In this document: in pieces, positions 43,390-52,870 of the stretch
How positions within the stretch are numbered: position 1 is the stretch's first letter
How the letters are laid out: the number at the start of each line of letters is the position of its first letter
Assembly (NCBI GenBank): GCA_017883615.1
Contig: JADGNF010000023.1
Location: 1,664-65,663, forward strand
Direction: 5' to 3'
DNA length: 64,000 nucleotides
Source of the DNA: Candidatus Bathyarchaeota archaeon
Lineage (GTDB): Archaea > Thermoproteota > Bathyarchaeia > Bathyarchaeales > Bathycorpusculaceae
The notes under the pieces: generated by a model
What the model was told of the DNA's origin: nothing
The model's input: only the letters and a program-made list of their open reading frames with translations
The model's database searches: none
Translations under genes and position numbers: made by a program

Positions 43390-44469
43390 TTACGCCAAAA
43401 CCAGTTTTTTGCCTGCGTATTGAACAGTTATTTGAGGATTACCTGTGACGCTGCCTATTTGTTCGGGATACGCGCCTGCTTTCTCCAAGACGCTTAATGT
43501 CGCGTCACGATCTTCTTTCGCTACGATCACACCGAAACCCCAGCCCATGTTAAAACTCGTAAACATCTCCTCATCTGATACCTTGTAGCCGAGTTCTGCG
43601 GCAGTTGTCTGAATTAAACTGAAAATGGGTTGCGGCTTAAAGTTGTCGAATTGGAACCCTATGCCCTTGGAATAACCTGTGAGGTTGCGGAATTTAGTGT
43701 AAGCGTCGCCGGTTATGTGGACGGCGCCTTTGATTTTCACCGTTTCTGCCAGTTTGAGGAAAGGTCTTACGTAGATTTTTGTGGGCTCGAGCATCTCGCT
43801 CACAATTTCCCTGTTTAGTCCTTCGGGTTTGTCGCCGAGATTGTATTTTCCGCCCCATTGCTTAAGCAGGATTTTTCTGGCGAAGGTTATTCCATTGCTA
43901 TGCAAGCCACTACTTGGCAAACCGATTATTGCGTCGCCGGGCTTGATGCCGTAGCCTGTGATGATGCGTTCTTTGGCGACTTGCCCCACGCTTGCAACAA
44001 CCATGTCGAATCCTTCGCCGGCTGAGATGCCGTTTATGATTTCTGCCACGTCGCCGATTTCCCCGCTCACAACTGGGCACTCGGCTTGGTTTGCGCCATC
44101 CACGATTCCTTCCAGCCAAGCTTTCACGAGCTGTGGGTTGCTAGCTTGCGCGTGGATATTATCTGAGATGGCAAGCGGGGTGGCGCCTGAGCGGATAACG
44201 TCGTTAACCGCCATAGCAACTGCATCTACTCCGATGGTATCGTATCTTCCTGCTAACTCCGCCAGAAGGACTTTGGTTCCAACGCCCTCAATTGTTAAAT
44301 CCAAAAATGTGTCTTCGGTTAGTTGGAATATGTTGCTATAGGGCAAATGGACAACGGGACCAAACCGGCTGTACTTGTAGGTTTCATGCAGCAAATCAAG
44401 TGCCTTTTTGGATTCGTGGCGTTGATCGCGGTTCACGCCTGCGTCGGTGTATGTGTAGTTTTTTGGCAT
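43390..44469 (-). CDS. purM: phosphoribosylformylglycinamidine cyclo-ligase (AIR synthetase)
   Basis: YTDAGVNRDQ, TIEGVGTKVL and DAVAMAVNDV are typical PurM motifs. I prefer ATG 44469 (MPKNYTYTDAGV) to the 23-codon longer ORF-track start at 44538. Confidence 0.9.
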   Translation of the reverse strand: MPKNYTYTDAGVNRDQRHESKKALDLLHETYKYSRFGPVVHLPYSNIFQLTEDTFLDLTIEGVGTKVLLAELAGRYDTIGVDAVAMAVNDVIRSGATPLAISDNIHAQASNPQLVKAWLEGIVDGANQAECPVVSGEIGDVAEIINGISAGEGFDMVVASVGQVAKERIITGYGIKPGDAIIGLPSSGLHSNGITFARKILLKQWGGKYNLGDKPEGLNREIVSEMLEPTKIYVRPFLKLAETVKIKGAVHITGDAYTKFRNLTGYSKGIGFQFDNFKPQPIFSLIQTTAAELGYKVSDEEMFTSFNMGWGFGVIVAKEDRDATLSVLEKAGAYPEQIGSVTGNPQITVQYAGKKLVLA

Positions 44470-44581
44470 GGAATCCGTTTTCTCCTTGTGTCCGAGTGTT
44501 TCTTTGTGGGTTGGTGCTGATAACGATTTTGGCGGCAACGGTTAAAAGTCTAATTGTCAAATGTTTGTGTAACTGTTGTTT

Positions 44582-44658
44582 GCGGTCTTAGTCCAGCCTG
44601 GCTAGGACATCAGGTTCCCAACCTGACGACCCGGGTTCAAATCCCGGAGACCGCACCA
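44582..44658 (+). tRNA. tRNA-Gly (anticodon CCC), CCA encoded
   Basis: Hand-folded cloverleaf. Acceptor stem GCGGTCT/AGACCGC, D stem GTCC/GGAC, anticodon stem TCAGG/CCTGA with loop TTCCCAA, T stem CCGGG/CCCGG with loop TTCAAAT. Ends in ACCA. Confidence 0.9.
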
Positions 44659-44733
44659 AAAAACTTGCTCATTACCAATGCACAAATTTGTGCACTATCG
44701 GTGCATGGATTTTGGGAAGAGTAGATACGAGTT

Positions 44734-45339
44734 TTATTGCGGTTGGGTACTGGCTTTCCTTTTGTTGCGCCATTCGTCGAAGGTTCCCGAATAGATGCCC
44801 CAGGCTTTGAGTTTGGGTGAAAGCGTTCTAACTAGTGCAGGACAAGTTAAGAGGACAATGGGCAGATTGAGCGCAAATGTTGGGATTACGAAGGCTTCTG
44901 CGAAGCTCCATGGGAATACACCTAAAGTTGAAAGTTGCCAGAGGATGTAAAGCGTGCCCACAAACAGAGTTAGCGCATATACGCACGCCATTGTGATAAG
45001 TCCTTTTCTGGATTTGCCCTCGGTAGCCCATCTGGGAATAAGGAACCAGTTTAGCCCGAAAATTATCAATGCTGTGACGGATTCTGCCCAAGCAAAATGC
45101 AGGGGTAACTGTTCAACGAATACGCCACCAACATAGGCTCCTATTACTGCACCTGCTAAGCCGCTTCGACCAAACCACAGTGGAAAAACGCCTAGTAATA
45201 TAATTGGCAAATAAAGGAGGGTAAAGCTTGGCACCGCTATTGAGTAGGAAATATAGAAGAACACTGCGTAAAGCGCGGCGGACATTGCCATTATTGAAAC
45301 ACTTTTTGCTTTACTAGTTCGATGAGATACCATGTACAA
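44734..45339 (-). CDS. polytopic membrane protein, possibly an ECF-type S component or vitamin transporter
   Basis: 201 aa with about 6 TM helices. Lies immediately downstream of cobT on the same strand. The functional call rests only on size, topology and neighbourhood. Confidence 0.4.
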   Translation of the reverse strand: MYMVSHRTSKAKSVSIMAMSAALYAVFFYISYSIAVPSFTLLYLPIILLGVFPLWFGRSGLAGAVIGAYVGGVFVEQLPLHFAWAESVTALIIFGLNWFLIPRWATEGKSRKGLITMACVYALTLFVGTLYILWQLSTLGVFPWSFAEAFVIPTFALNLPIVLLTCPALVRTLSPKLKAWGIYSGTFDEWRNKRKASTQPQ

Positions 45340-45344
45340 GTCGC

Positions 45345-46442
45345 CTAGACCGTTTTCCCGCTTACAAGTTGTGAGTAGTTGCGTTCCACTTCCTGGAGCA
45401 TGACGGCTTTGGTGATTTTGCCTTCAGTCTTTGCAATCGCGGCTATGGTTGAGCCGCCGACGCCAACGCCTTCTTTTACGACGCCTGCCTCGTAAGCTTT
45501 TAGCCCGCTAAACTTTGAGTTGCTAAAGTCCAAGTCCGCAGCTAAGATTGGAACGTCCGCAATCTGATTCACTATTCCTTTAAGGTCGGAAGTTTTGTCT
45601 GAAACTATCCATCTCGTTGTCCCGATGGCAACGTTGCTCAACACTTGAGGATTCAAAGCGTTGATCATAGCTAATACAGCGGTCATCTGGGTTCCGCCAG
45701 CCATCAAAACAGGAACACGTTGTGCGGCACCTAAAACTAAACCTGCAAAAGCGGGCATCATAGGGTCTCCCACGCAGGAAACCGCCTTCAACGGGTCGTC
45801 GGCTAGTGCTCCGAATTTCAGGTTTAGGGATTTTAAGCCGGCTTCGGCGGTTTGGATTTTGAGGTCGTGGGGGTTGGCGGGCATGCTGCTGCTGACTTTG
45901 CCCCATGCATTTATGCCCATTGCAAGAAGAACAGCCAGCGCGGTGGTGGTGCCGCCGGGGATGCTTTCGCCTATGACGAGATAATCCACAGTTTTGGAGA
46001 GGGTTTCGCCTGCCAGTTTGGCGCGATCTAACACTTCTTGGGCGTTGTCTACGGCTTTTCCGGTGCGGATGTCTTTGCCAGGTTTTGCGCCTAACTCTAA
46101 ATATGGGACGTTTGGTAGCACGCGTAGTCCGGCGTTTACGGCAAGGGCAGGGATGTCTGCTAATTTCAAGGCAGACATCGTAACTAGTGCGGGTGTTGGG
46201 ATGCCGTCTGGCGTGACTGGGACGCCGTTTATGCATTTGCACCTGCCTAACAATAGGAGTTCGATGTCTGCAGGTGGAGTGTAGTCGGTGATTTCTGGGT
46301 TGGCTCCGGCGGCTGAGATGCCGGATATTTTTCCGGTTTCGGTTGTGCCCAGCGTGCAGACAAAGAGGGGTTTTTTGGCTGTGATTTTTTTGAGGAAAAC
46401 TTCAGCTTTGGGCTGGTTATTGGTCATTATTACGTCGTTCAT
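45345..46442 (-). CDS. cobT: archaeal-type nicotinate-nucleotide-dimethylbenzimidazole phosphoribosyltransferase (CobT/UPF0284 family)
   Basis: 365 aa. FVCTLGTTETGKISGISAAGA...PADIELL...IGESIPGGTT resembles the archaeal CobT family as I remember it. TAG stop. Confidence 0.7.
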   Translation of the reverse strand: MNDVIMTNNQPKAEVFLKKITAKKPLFVCTLGTTETGKISGISAAGANPEITDYTPPADIELLLLGRCKCINGVPVTPDGIPTPALVTMSALKLADIPALAVNAGLRVLPNVPYLELGAKPGKDIRTGKAVDNAQEVLDRAKLAGETLSKTVDYLVIGESIPGGTTTALAVLLAMGINAWGKVSSSMPANPHDLKIQTAEAGLKSLNLKFGALADDPLKAVSCVGDPMMPAFAGLVLGAAQRVPVLMAGGTQMTAVLAMINALNPQVLSNVAIGTTRWIVSDKTSDLKGIVNQIADVPILAADLDFSNSKFSGLKAYEAGVVKEGVGVGGSTIAAIAKTEGKITKAVMLQEVERNYSQLVSGKTV

Positions 46443-46672
46443 TGTTCTCGTTCCCGCAGGTTTAACTCAGGAATGTATGGATGTGATAAAAGCTTTCCCG
46501 CGTGTATTACGGGCGTAGTGCGATTTGCAGTTTGGTATACGAAAGCATCAACAAACAGCCCAAAAAACAAAATGAACCTCAACAAAAAGATTTTTGTCAG
46601 CATTGTAAGCCAGAAATTTTCTGGCCTTTAAATAAGGGGGGTATAGAAGAAAAATCGCAACAGGTCCTATGC

Positions 46673-47992
46673 TTACGGCGTTAAACGACTTCGATCTCTT
46701 GGGTAAAGAGCTACTTCACGAATATTTTTCTTGCCAGTCAAAACCATCGTCAACCGCTCCAGCCCAATTGCCCACCCCGCGTGCGGCGGCATACCATAAT
46801 CGAACGCTTGTAAGTGGTACTTGAACGAATCCGGGTTCAGCCCTTTCTCTTTCATTCGTTCCATCAACAGGTTTTTGTCGGCGATTCGGGTTCCACCCGA
46901 AACCAACTCAATCCATCGCCACATCAAATCGAAACCTTCACAAAGTTCAGGGTTACCATCTTTGGGTTTAATGTAGAAAGCTTTGCTTTTGGTGGGCCAA
47001 TCCGTTATGAAGTAGTAGTAACCGCGGTTCTTGCCCAGAACCCGGAAAGCCTCGGTGGTTATGTCTTCGCCCCACGGAATAGTTACGCCTTCTTTGGCTA
47101 GGTCAGCCAGAACCTCATCATATGTGAAGCGTTTGAATGGGATTTCGGGGATTGTTGCGCGGTATTTCAGTGCAGCGAGTTCTTTGGCGCATTTTTCGGC
47201 AATCGCCTTGCATGTAAACTGGATAACCTGCTCAAGTAATTTCATGACATCTTCGGCGCTAGCAAATGCTTGCTCAACGTCTACAGAAACGAATTCGCTC
47301 AGGTGCCTTCGGGTGTGGGAAAGTTCCGCGCGGAAGAATGGACCAACTTCGAAAACTTTCTCCAAGCTCATGGTCAGTTGTTCTTTGTAAAGTTGCGGGC
47401 TCTGCGCGAGGAAAGCTTTTTGACCAAAATAATCGACAGGGAAAAGTTCTGCGCCGCCTTCCGTTGCTGAGGCAATTATGCGTGGTGTGTGAACTTCTAA
47501 GTAGCCTTTTTCGAAGAGAAAATCCCTGATTGCTGATAGCGCGGTGTGTTGGATTTTGAAGGCTGCCGCGTTCTGTTCCAATGAAAGGTCCAGGGCTCTG
47601 GCGTCTAGGCGGGTTTCGATGTTTGCAGGGGTTTTGCCCGTGATATCTATGGGTAACTGTTCGGCGGCTACGTTGAATACGCGGATTTCTTTGGGGATGA
47701 CTTCGATTCCTCTTGAAGTCATGTTAGTCTTTTTTACCGTGCCCTTAACGCCTATACTGAAGCGTTTCTGGAGCGTATCAGATTTGGAGAGAACTTCGGG
47801 TGCCACACGTTTTTTAGGTATAGTGACCTGCAAGGTCCCTTCGCGGTCTTGCATGATGATAAAACGAATTCCCCCTAAATCGCGGACTTCCTGCACCCAA
47901 CCAAAAAGCGTTATTTCCACGCCGTCCAATTCAGGCGTAACATTGCCGGAATAGTGTGTTCTAACCCAATCTCCAATTGAGTCAAGCGTCAT
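46673..47992 (-). CDS. aspS: aspartyl-tRNA synthetase, archaeal/eukaryotic type
   Basis: 439 aa. N-terminal OB fold (LFGWVQEVRDLGGIRFIIMQDREG). Class II motifs FRAE..HT.RHLSEF and GFDYGMPPHAGWAIGLERL. Confidence 0.95.
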   Translation of the reverse strand: MTLDSIGDWVRTHYSGNVTPELDGVEITLFGWVQEVRDLGGIRFIIMQDREGTLQVTIPKKRVAPEVLSKSDTLQKRFSIGVKGTVKKTNMTSRGIEVIPKEIRVFNVAAEQLPIDITGKTPANIETRLDARALDLSLEQNAAAFKIQHTALSAIRDFLFEKGYLEVHTPRIIASATEGGAELFPVDYFGQKAFLAQSPQLYKEQLTMSLEKVFEVGPFFRAELSHTRRHLSEFVSVDVEQAFASAEDVMKLLEQVIQFTCKAIAEKCAKELAALKYRATIPEIPFKRFTYDEVLADLAKEGVTIPWGEDITTEAFRVLGKNRGYYYFITDWPTKSKAFYIKPKDGNPELCEGFDLMWRWIELVSGGTRIADKNLLMERMKEKGLNPDSFKYHLQAFDYGMPPHAGWAIGLERLTMVLTGKKNIREVALYPRDRSRLTP

Positions 47993-48010
47993 AAGCTGGT
48001 TTCTCCGTTT

Positions 48011-48520
48011 TTAGTCGGCGAATTCCACGCGTATGCTCATTTTGCGTACGCTGCTTGCAATTTCTTTGATGGCTGCTAAATCGAAGGGCATTTGTGTACC
48101 GCGTTTTCTGCGCAAAATTACTCGTGTTTCAGTTGTTCCGTCCGGTACCCAAATCGTGTTGATTGTTAATATATTTAGGGGAGTGAAGAGGTCTTCGAGG
48201 AATTTGCGGTCATCTACTCCGTTTTCGAGGATGCGTACGGATTTGCCTGTTTCTTCGCCCAGTGCTTTAACGATTTTGCCGCCGTAACCCAGAAGCCTTG
48301 GGACGTCTCCGTGACCAACGATTAAAGCTATAGTTCGGTTTGCGTCGACAGCTTTGTAGAAGCAAACGTTTTGCAGGGAAGGATACTTTTCTTCGAGAAT
48401 CAGCAGTTGTCTGGCGATTTTAAGGTCTAGCTCACTGATTTCGCCAGCTTTAACTTTGGCTGAACATTTTTGGCACAGCATGCCACTTTTTAAACAGAAA
48501 CTGCATAGTTCGGTTTTCAT
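48011..48520 (-). CDS. predicted RNA-binding protein: N-terminal zinc ribbon plus KH-like domain (NusA-like)
   Basis: 169 aa. Contains CSFC...CQKC, followed by LLGYGGKIVKALGEETGKSVRILE, which is a KH-type GxxG context. Confidence 0.5.
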   Translation of the reverse strand: MKTELCSFCLKSGMLCQKCSAKVKAGEISELDLKIARQLLILEEKYPSLQNVCFYKAVDANRTIALIVGHGDVPRLLGYGGKIVKALGEETGKSVRILENGVDDRKFLEDLFTPLNILTINTIWVPDGTTETRVILRRKRGTQMPFDLAAIKEIASSVRKMSIRVEFAD

Positions 48521-48572
48521 TTGGAGGAGACCTGCAAACTTTTGAGGAGCCGTTAGCTCCGGTTATTGTGAT

Positions 48573-48848
48573 TTACCGTTCAAGGACTATTTCGATAGTG
48601 CTCACGTTAGTTAATCCTTCTGCATCCACATGTGAAAGCTGGTCTTTTCCGATGCCGATTCGCTTGATTTTCACATTTGGCAGGAATTTATGCCTGACGA
48701 CTTCGGCGACATCGATTGCTGGACAGATTGCTTTTCCGCGCGCTTTAATGCTGATTTCTTTGGCGCCACCGTGAAAGAGCGTAATGCATGCCAGCACGTA
48801 GTTCATGAGTGGTTTGTGTCCAATCAGCACCGAGTTGCCTTCGGACAT
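48573..48848 (-). CDS. albA: DNA/RNA-binding protein Alba
   Basis: NSVLIGHKPLMNYVLACITLFHGGAKEISIKARGKAICPAIDVAEVVRHKFLP...VSTIEIVLER is a clear Alba sequence. ATG 48848 gives the canonical length. A TTG at 48935 would add a 29-aa basic extension. Confidence 0.9.
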   Translation of the reverse strand: MSEGNSVLIGHKPLMNYVLACITLFHGGAKEISIKARGKAICPAIDVAEVVRHKFLPNVKIKRIGIGKDQLSHVDAEGLTNVSTIEIVLER

Positions 48849-49080
48849 GGCTAACGTGTCGCTCCCTGCCTTGATTGTGGGCTTCTTAAGTTTTTTTCTC
48901 CGCGAATTTATAGGTTGTGGTGCATTAACTGACAAATCTGACCAAGGAAACTGTTATTTTTTTTCCAACTCAACATTCAGAGAACAAATCTATGCATACA
49001 TTAGAGCATTCCTAGAAACAAAAGCGGAAAAATACAAGGCTTTCTGCATAAAGATGCCATAATCTTTACTTATCATTATA

Positions 49081-49145
49081 GAGCGGCAAACAAACTCACC
49101 GCTCACAAAAACAAAAACGAAAACAAGAAAAAACCAAAAGAGAAG
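49081..49145 (-). terminator. putative terminator downstream of the L40e gene
   Basis: On the minus strand, several oligo-T tracts (CTTTTGGTTTTTTCTTGTTTTCGTTTTTGTTTTTGT) are followed by the hairpin GAGCGG-N12-CCGCTC. Confidence 0.35.
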
Positions 49146-49153
49146 AGCGATGT

Positions 49154-49315
49154 TTACTTTACGAGCTCTCTCTTCTTCCATCGCAGGTTTTTGCTGTGGC
49201 ATTTTCGGCATTTGGTAGCTGTCGCTGCGTTTCTGCTTCCACAATCCCTGCAGATCTTCATGTAGAGCCGAGCTTTCTGAGCTATGGCTTTCTTAACTGG
49301 ATCAAGTATCGGCAT
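49154..49315 (-). CDS. rpl40e: 50S ribosomal protein L40e
   Basis: 53 aa, below the ORF-track size cutoff. My translation is MPILDPVKKAIAQKARLYMKICRDCGSRNAATATKCRKCHSKNLRWKKRELVK. It shows the L40e C4 zinc-ribbon pattern CRDC...CRKC. Confidence 0.85.
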   Translation of the reverse strand: MPILDPVKKAIAQKARLYMKICRDCGSRNAATATKCRKCHSKNLRWKKRELVK

Positions 49316-49402
49316 TAGCTAACCTTCTTTATGGGCTAACACCAAAACGCGAGCCTTTCAGATATACTTTTTGCCTTAAACCGCTAAAGTGCAAACTCAA
49401 AA

Positions 49403-50281
49403 CTATTCCTCGCGAAGCGTTTGAGCCAACAGTTCAGCAACGCCGCTTGGAGTTCGAGCGACCCTGACGCCTGCTGCCTCCAAAGCAGTAATCTTAGATT
49501 CAGCCGTACCCGCTTTACCCATAACGATGGCTCCTGCGTGCCCCATACGCTTCCCAACCGGAGCCGAACGTCCAGCAACGTAAGCAACAATTGGCTTTGG
49601 ATATCTACTTTCTGAAATGTATTGGGCGGTTAACTCTTCGATGTTACCGCCTATCTCACCAATCAAGGCAATGGCGTTGGTTTTTTGGTCCTTTCGAAAC
49701 ATTTCTAGGGGATCAATAAAATTCAAGCCAGTCACTGGGTCTCCACCTACACCTAAACAGGTAGATTGTCCGATTCCTGCTTTGGTCAAAGCCGCCGCGA
49801 TTTCGTAAGTTAACGTTCCGCTTCGGGAAGCAACACCTATGTTTCCAGATGCGAACACGTTTGCAGGCATAATTCCCAATTTGTATTCGCCAGGGGTAAT
49901 TGCTCCAGGAGTGTTTGGACCTACGATTTGAGCATCCAACCGCTTTGCGTAGCTCATTAGTTCCACGGCGTCTTTCACTGGAACATGCTCTGTGATTATT
50001 ACTACAGTCTTAATTCCCGCTTCCAATGCTTCAAACGCCACATCTGCTGCAAAAGGTGCCGGAACAAAAACAATTGACGCGTTCGCAGAGTGGTTCTTTT
50101 GGGCGTCTAAAACGGTGTCGTAAACGGGAACGTCGTGAACGGTGGTTCCGCCTTTGCCTGGGCTTGTCCCCGCCACGATATCGGTTCCGTAATTTTGCAT
50201 TAGTTCAGTGTGGAAGCGTCCTTGGACTCCTGTAATCCCCTGAACGATGACCCGAGCGCCGGAGTCAATCAATATCCCCAT
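49403..50281 (-). CDS. sucD: succinyl-CoA synthetase alpha subunit
   Basis: [18 protein letters not shown]...GTSPGKGG...SRSGTLTYE...MGHAGAI (phosphohistidine loop). ATG 50281 is preferred to the 7-codon longer ORF-track start. Confidence 0.9.
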   Translation of the reverse strand: MGILIDSGARVIVQGITGVQGRFHTELMQNYGTDIVAGTSPGKGGTTVHDVPVYDTVLDAQKNHSANASIVFVPAPFAADVAFEALEAGIKTVVIITEHVPVKDAVELMSYAKRLDAQIVGPNTPGAITPGEYKLGIMPANVFASGNIGVASRSGTLTYEIAAALTKAGIGQSTCLGVGGDPVTGLNFIDPLEMFRKDQKTNAIALIGEIGGNIEELTAQYISESRYPKPIVAYVAGRSAPVGKRMGHAGAIVMGKAGTAESKITALEAAGVRVARTPSGVAELLAQTLREE

Positions 50282-50282
50282 G

Positions 50283-51429
50283 TTATGGCGGTCCTCCTGC
50301 AATTTCCACCGCTTTCATAGCAGCTTCCTCCATGCTATCAAAAACTGGCAAATTCGCTTCAGCAAGTATGCGTTGCCCTTCTACTTCGTTTGTCCCAACA
50401 AGTCTAATCGCTATAGGCTTCGATGCGACCAATTCTTTTCGCGCTTGAATTATACCTCGCGCAACTTCGTCGCATAAGGTAATGCCGCCCAAAATATTCA
50501 CGAATAGCACTTTAACCTGCGGATTTGTCAGGAGAATCTTGAATGCTACTTCGATTCTTTGGAGACGAGCTCCGCCGCCCAGATCCAAGAAGGATCGCCG
50601 GTTTTCCTCCGTAGAGGTTTATCATGTCAAGCGCCGCCATCACTAAGCCAGCGCCGTTGCCCACAACGCCGATGTCCCCATCAAGCATAACATAGTCCAA
50701 GCCGTTCTTTAGCGCTTCAAACTCTTCTGAGCTAAGATCCCTCACTTCCTGCAGGCGTTTTTGCCGATATTCGTCATGCCTAAAGAGCGCATTATCGTCT
50801 AAGATTATGCGAGCATCAACGGCAACGAATTTTCCGTTTTGAGTTTCCACAAGCGGATTCAGCTCCACCAACTCGGCATCAAAATCTACGTTTGCTCTGT
50901 ACACTCTCGCCATAATTTCCGTGAGAGCCTGCATTTGGTCGCCAACATACCCCAAGTCCTTTGCCATTTGCCTTGCGTGGAAGCTGCGAAAACCCAATTG
51001 CGGATTTATGAGTTGTTTGTAGATTTTTTGCGGCTGAAGCTCTGCCACTTCTTCAATGTCTACGCCGCCGAAGTTCGAAGCCACCGCGATGTAACATCGG
51101 TTGAGTCTGTCAACCGTAATGCCAAAATAAAGTTCCTTCTTTACCGGAATTTTTTCTTCAACCAAAACCTTCGAAACTGGCACGCCCTTTATCTATGAAC
51201 CTAAAAGTTTCCCCGCAGCCTCCCCCGCTACTTTTGAGGAGATAACAAATAGGATTCCGCCTGCTTTTCCTCGTCCTGAAACCAAAACTTGAGCTTTAAC
51301 CGCGAGGGGCACTGCAAGTTTAGCTGCAACTTCGCGGGCTTGCGCCTCGGTTGTAGCTAGCTCGCCATCGGGGATTGGGACTTCATAAGTTGCGATTATA
51401 GTCTTGGCTTCGTACTCGTAGAGTTTCAA
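50283..51429 (-). pseudogene. sucC: succinyl-CoA synthetase beta subunit, interrupted by an in-frame TAG (51193-51195) and a 1-nt frameshift (about 50589-50595)
   Basis: Three ORF-track fragments (51193..51429, 50512..51183, 50283..50588) together read as one SucC. Fragment 1: MKLYEYEAKTII...KAQVLVSGRGKAGG...LLGS. After the TAG: IKGVPVSKVLVEEKIPVKKELYFGITVDR...GNGAGLVMAALDMINLYGGKPAI. After the shift: FLDLGGGA...NILGGITLCDEVA... Confidence 0.8.
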
Positions 51430-51464
51430 AAAGGAGTTACTTCCTACAAAATGGAGGTTTGGTT

Positions 51465-51932
51465 CTACTTTATAACTTCGATGGTTACGTAGCTTCGCGT
51501 GTCCTGTATGCCGTCGACAGTGTAGAGTTTCTTGAGGGTTTCATCCATGTTTTCCCGCTCAACCATGATTAGCGCGTCGACGTCTCCTGCGATGCGGAAA
51601 GCTCTGGCGATAGCAAGTTCGCGGATTTTCTCATAAACCTCAATGCGTTTAACGGGTGAAACTTTGATGAGTATGAATGCGGGTGTTGTTGAAACGCCTA
51701 GGGCGTTTAGTCCTTTTTCGGTTACGTCTATGAAGCCGCGTCCAGTGCGTATGTATCCGGTGCCTTTGAGTTTGCGCAGATGAACGTTAAGAGCTTGGCG
51801 GCTTATGCCTAGCTGCTTTGAGAGCTCATCTTGCTTTACTCTTAGCGTGTATGTGTTTGTTGATTGACCTTTGTCGTAGAGCGTTTTTAGAAGTTGGATT
51901 GAACGTTTGGTTAGCGGTTCCACTTTGGTCAT
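51465..51932 (-). CDS. Lrp/AsnC-family transcriptional regulator
   Basis: 155 aa. wHTH segment (QDELSKQLGISRQALNVHLRKLKGTGYI) plus a C-terminal RAM/AsnC-type domain (AFILIKV...GDVDALIMV). Confidence 0.8.
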   Translation of the reverse strand: MTKVEPLTKRSIQLLKTLYDKGQSTNTYTLRVKQDELSKQLGISRQALNVHLRKLKGTGYIRTGRGFIDVTEKGLNALGVSTTPAFILIKVSPVKRIEVYEKIRELAIARAFRIAGDVDALIMVERENMDETLKKLYTVDGIQDTRSYVTIEVIK

Positions 51933-52071
51933 CCTATTTTGTTACTTTGTTAAATTAAACCTTTACAATAGTGAGGTTGCTTAAGAATTTGACGCCTAAA
52001 AGACTAGGCATGTAGAAATTAACAGGCCCATGGATAAATGAACCGAATAGAAAAAGTTGTTGACTCAGCGT

Positions 52072-52686
52072 CTAAAGGGTTTTTGTCAATGTTTCCAAGT
52101 TAAAAACGGTGTTCGAGCACCCATTTTTCAGCAAGGGAACAGATTGGCCAACCACGCTCATGCTTGACAATAAGTCAAGAGACATCTTTACTTCTTCGCC
52201 ACAGGCAACCCCCACTATTCCTTCATATTTGTGTGTCTTCAGAATCTTTGGCACACAAGAGCCACCTGGAAGAACATAAACGTCATATCCCTTCTCCTTG
52301 GCAATTTTGTCTGCCTTGTTAACATCGCAATCAGGGGAACAATGCGCGCAAATATAGGAAGGGATGTTAGAATCGAAAATTGCCTTGCACCGGCCATCCA
52401 TAAATTTGCGGCTACAGTGAGGAAGGAAAACAGCCCGTTTCTTTGTTTGAAGAAACTTTCCCCTCATCATCAGGTTAGATGCCTGAATGTCAATTAAATC
52501 TTGAAGGAGAACGATAGCGTCTTGAACGTTTAGCCCTGTGGCTTCCTGAAGTCTAAATTTCTTAATTATGTCTTGCATTGTATTCAATAAGACTTTGTGA
52601 ACCCCTTTTTGGTAGCTTGCCACTGCAATTTCCGTGAAGAAATGATGCGGGGTTTTGGAAAGATCGAATGTGAACTTATAGGGCAT
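52072..52686 (-). CDS. DUF116-family Cys-rich protein
   Basis: 204 aa. FLPHCSRKFMDGRCKA...ICAHCSPDCDVNK...VLPGGSCV...GVACGEE matches my recollection of the DUF116 Cys pattern. Confidence 0.6.
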   Translation of the reverse strand: MPYKFTFDLSKTPHHFFTEIAVASYQKGVHKVLLNTMQDIIKKFRLQEATGLNVQDAIVLLQDLIDIQASNLMMRGKFLQTKKRAVFLPHCSRKFMDGRCKAIFDSNIPSYICAHCSPDCDVNKADKIAKEKGYDVYVLPGGSCVPKILKTHKYEGIVGVACGEEVKMSLDLLSSMSVVGQSVPLLKNGCSNTVFNLETLTKTL

Positions 52687-52870
52687 AGTCCAAGTATTGA
52701 ATTTGGGCGCTTAAAAGAATATCTCTAAAAAATACGTATTGTTAAACTTGAACTACGCAAAATCTGGGTATTCTACGTTTTAGAGGCAGAAACTGTTTCC
52801 TTTGAGTTACTTTCTAAGATTGTATTGTTAGCTATTTGGGTAAGAAATTCACAAAAAGAAAAGAAGGTGT

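Noticed and set aside
43390-44538. Longer N-termini offered by the ORF track for purM (44538), hypA (31636), sucD (50302), gar1 (54131) and the CoA-binding protein (21982)
   Set aside because: In each case the family-typical N-terminus begins at an internal start. The extra residues are non-conserved-looking or overlap the neighbouring gene.
48849-48935. A 29-aa Lys/Arg-rich N-terminal extension of Alba from TTG 48935
   Set aside because: It cannot be decided from sequence alone. ATG 48848 yields a canonical-length Alba, so I annotated that. The basic tail (RRKKLKKPTIK) is noted as a possibility only.
48990-49244. An 84-aa minus-strand ORF overlapping the L40e gene
   Set aside because: It is in a different frame from the clear L40e reading frame. 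Its C-terminal half is translated from the oligo-T terminator region (FWFFLVFVFVFV), so it is almost certainly spurious.
51193-51195. The in-frame TAG in sucC as a pyrrolysine or sense-recoded codon
   Set aside because: TAG is used as an ordinary terminator by several well-supported genes in this same window: trxB at 12072, the ORF ending at 16047, the YHS protein at 26377, copA at 26573 and cobT at 45345. No pyl genes are seen. The same gene also has a frameshift, so a nonsense mutation or sequence error is more parsimonious.
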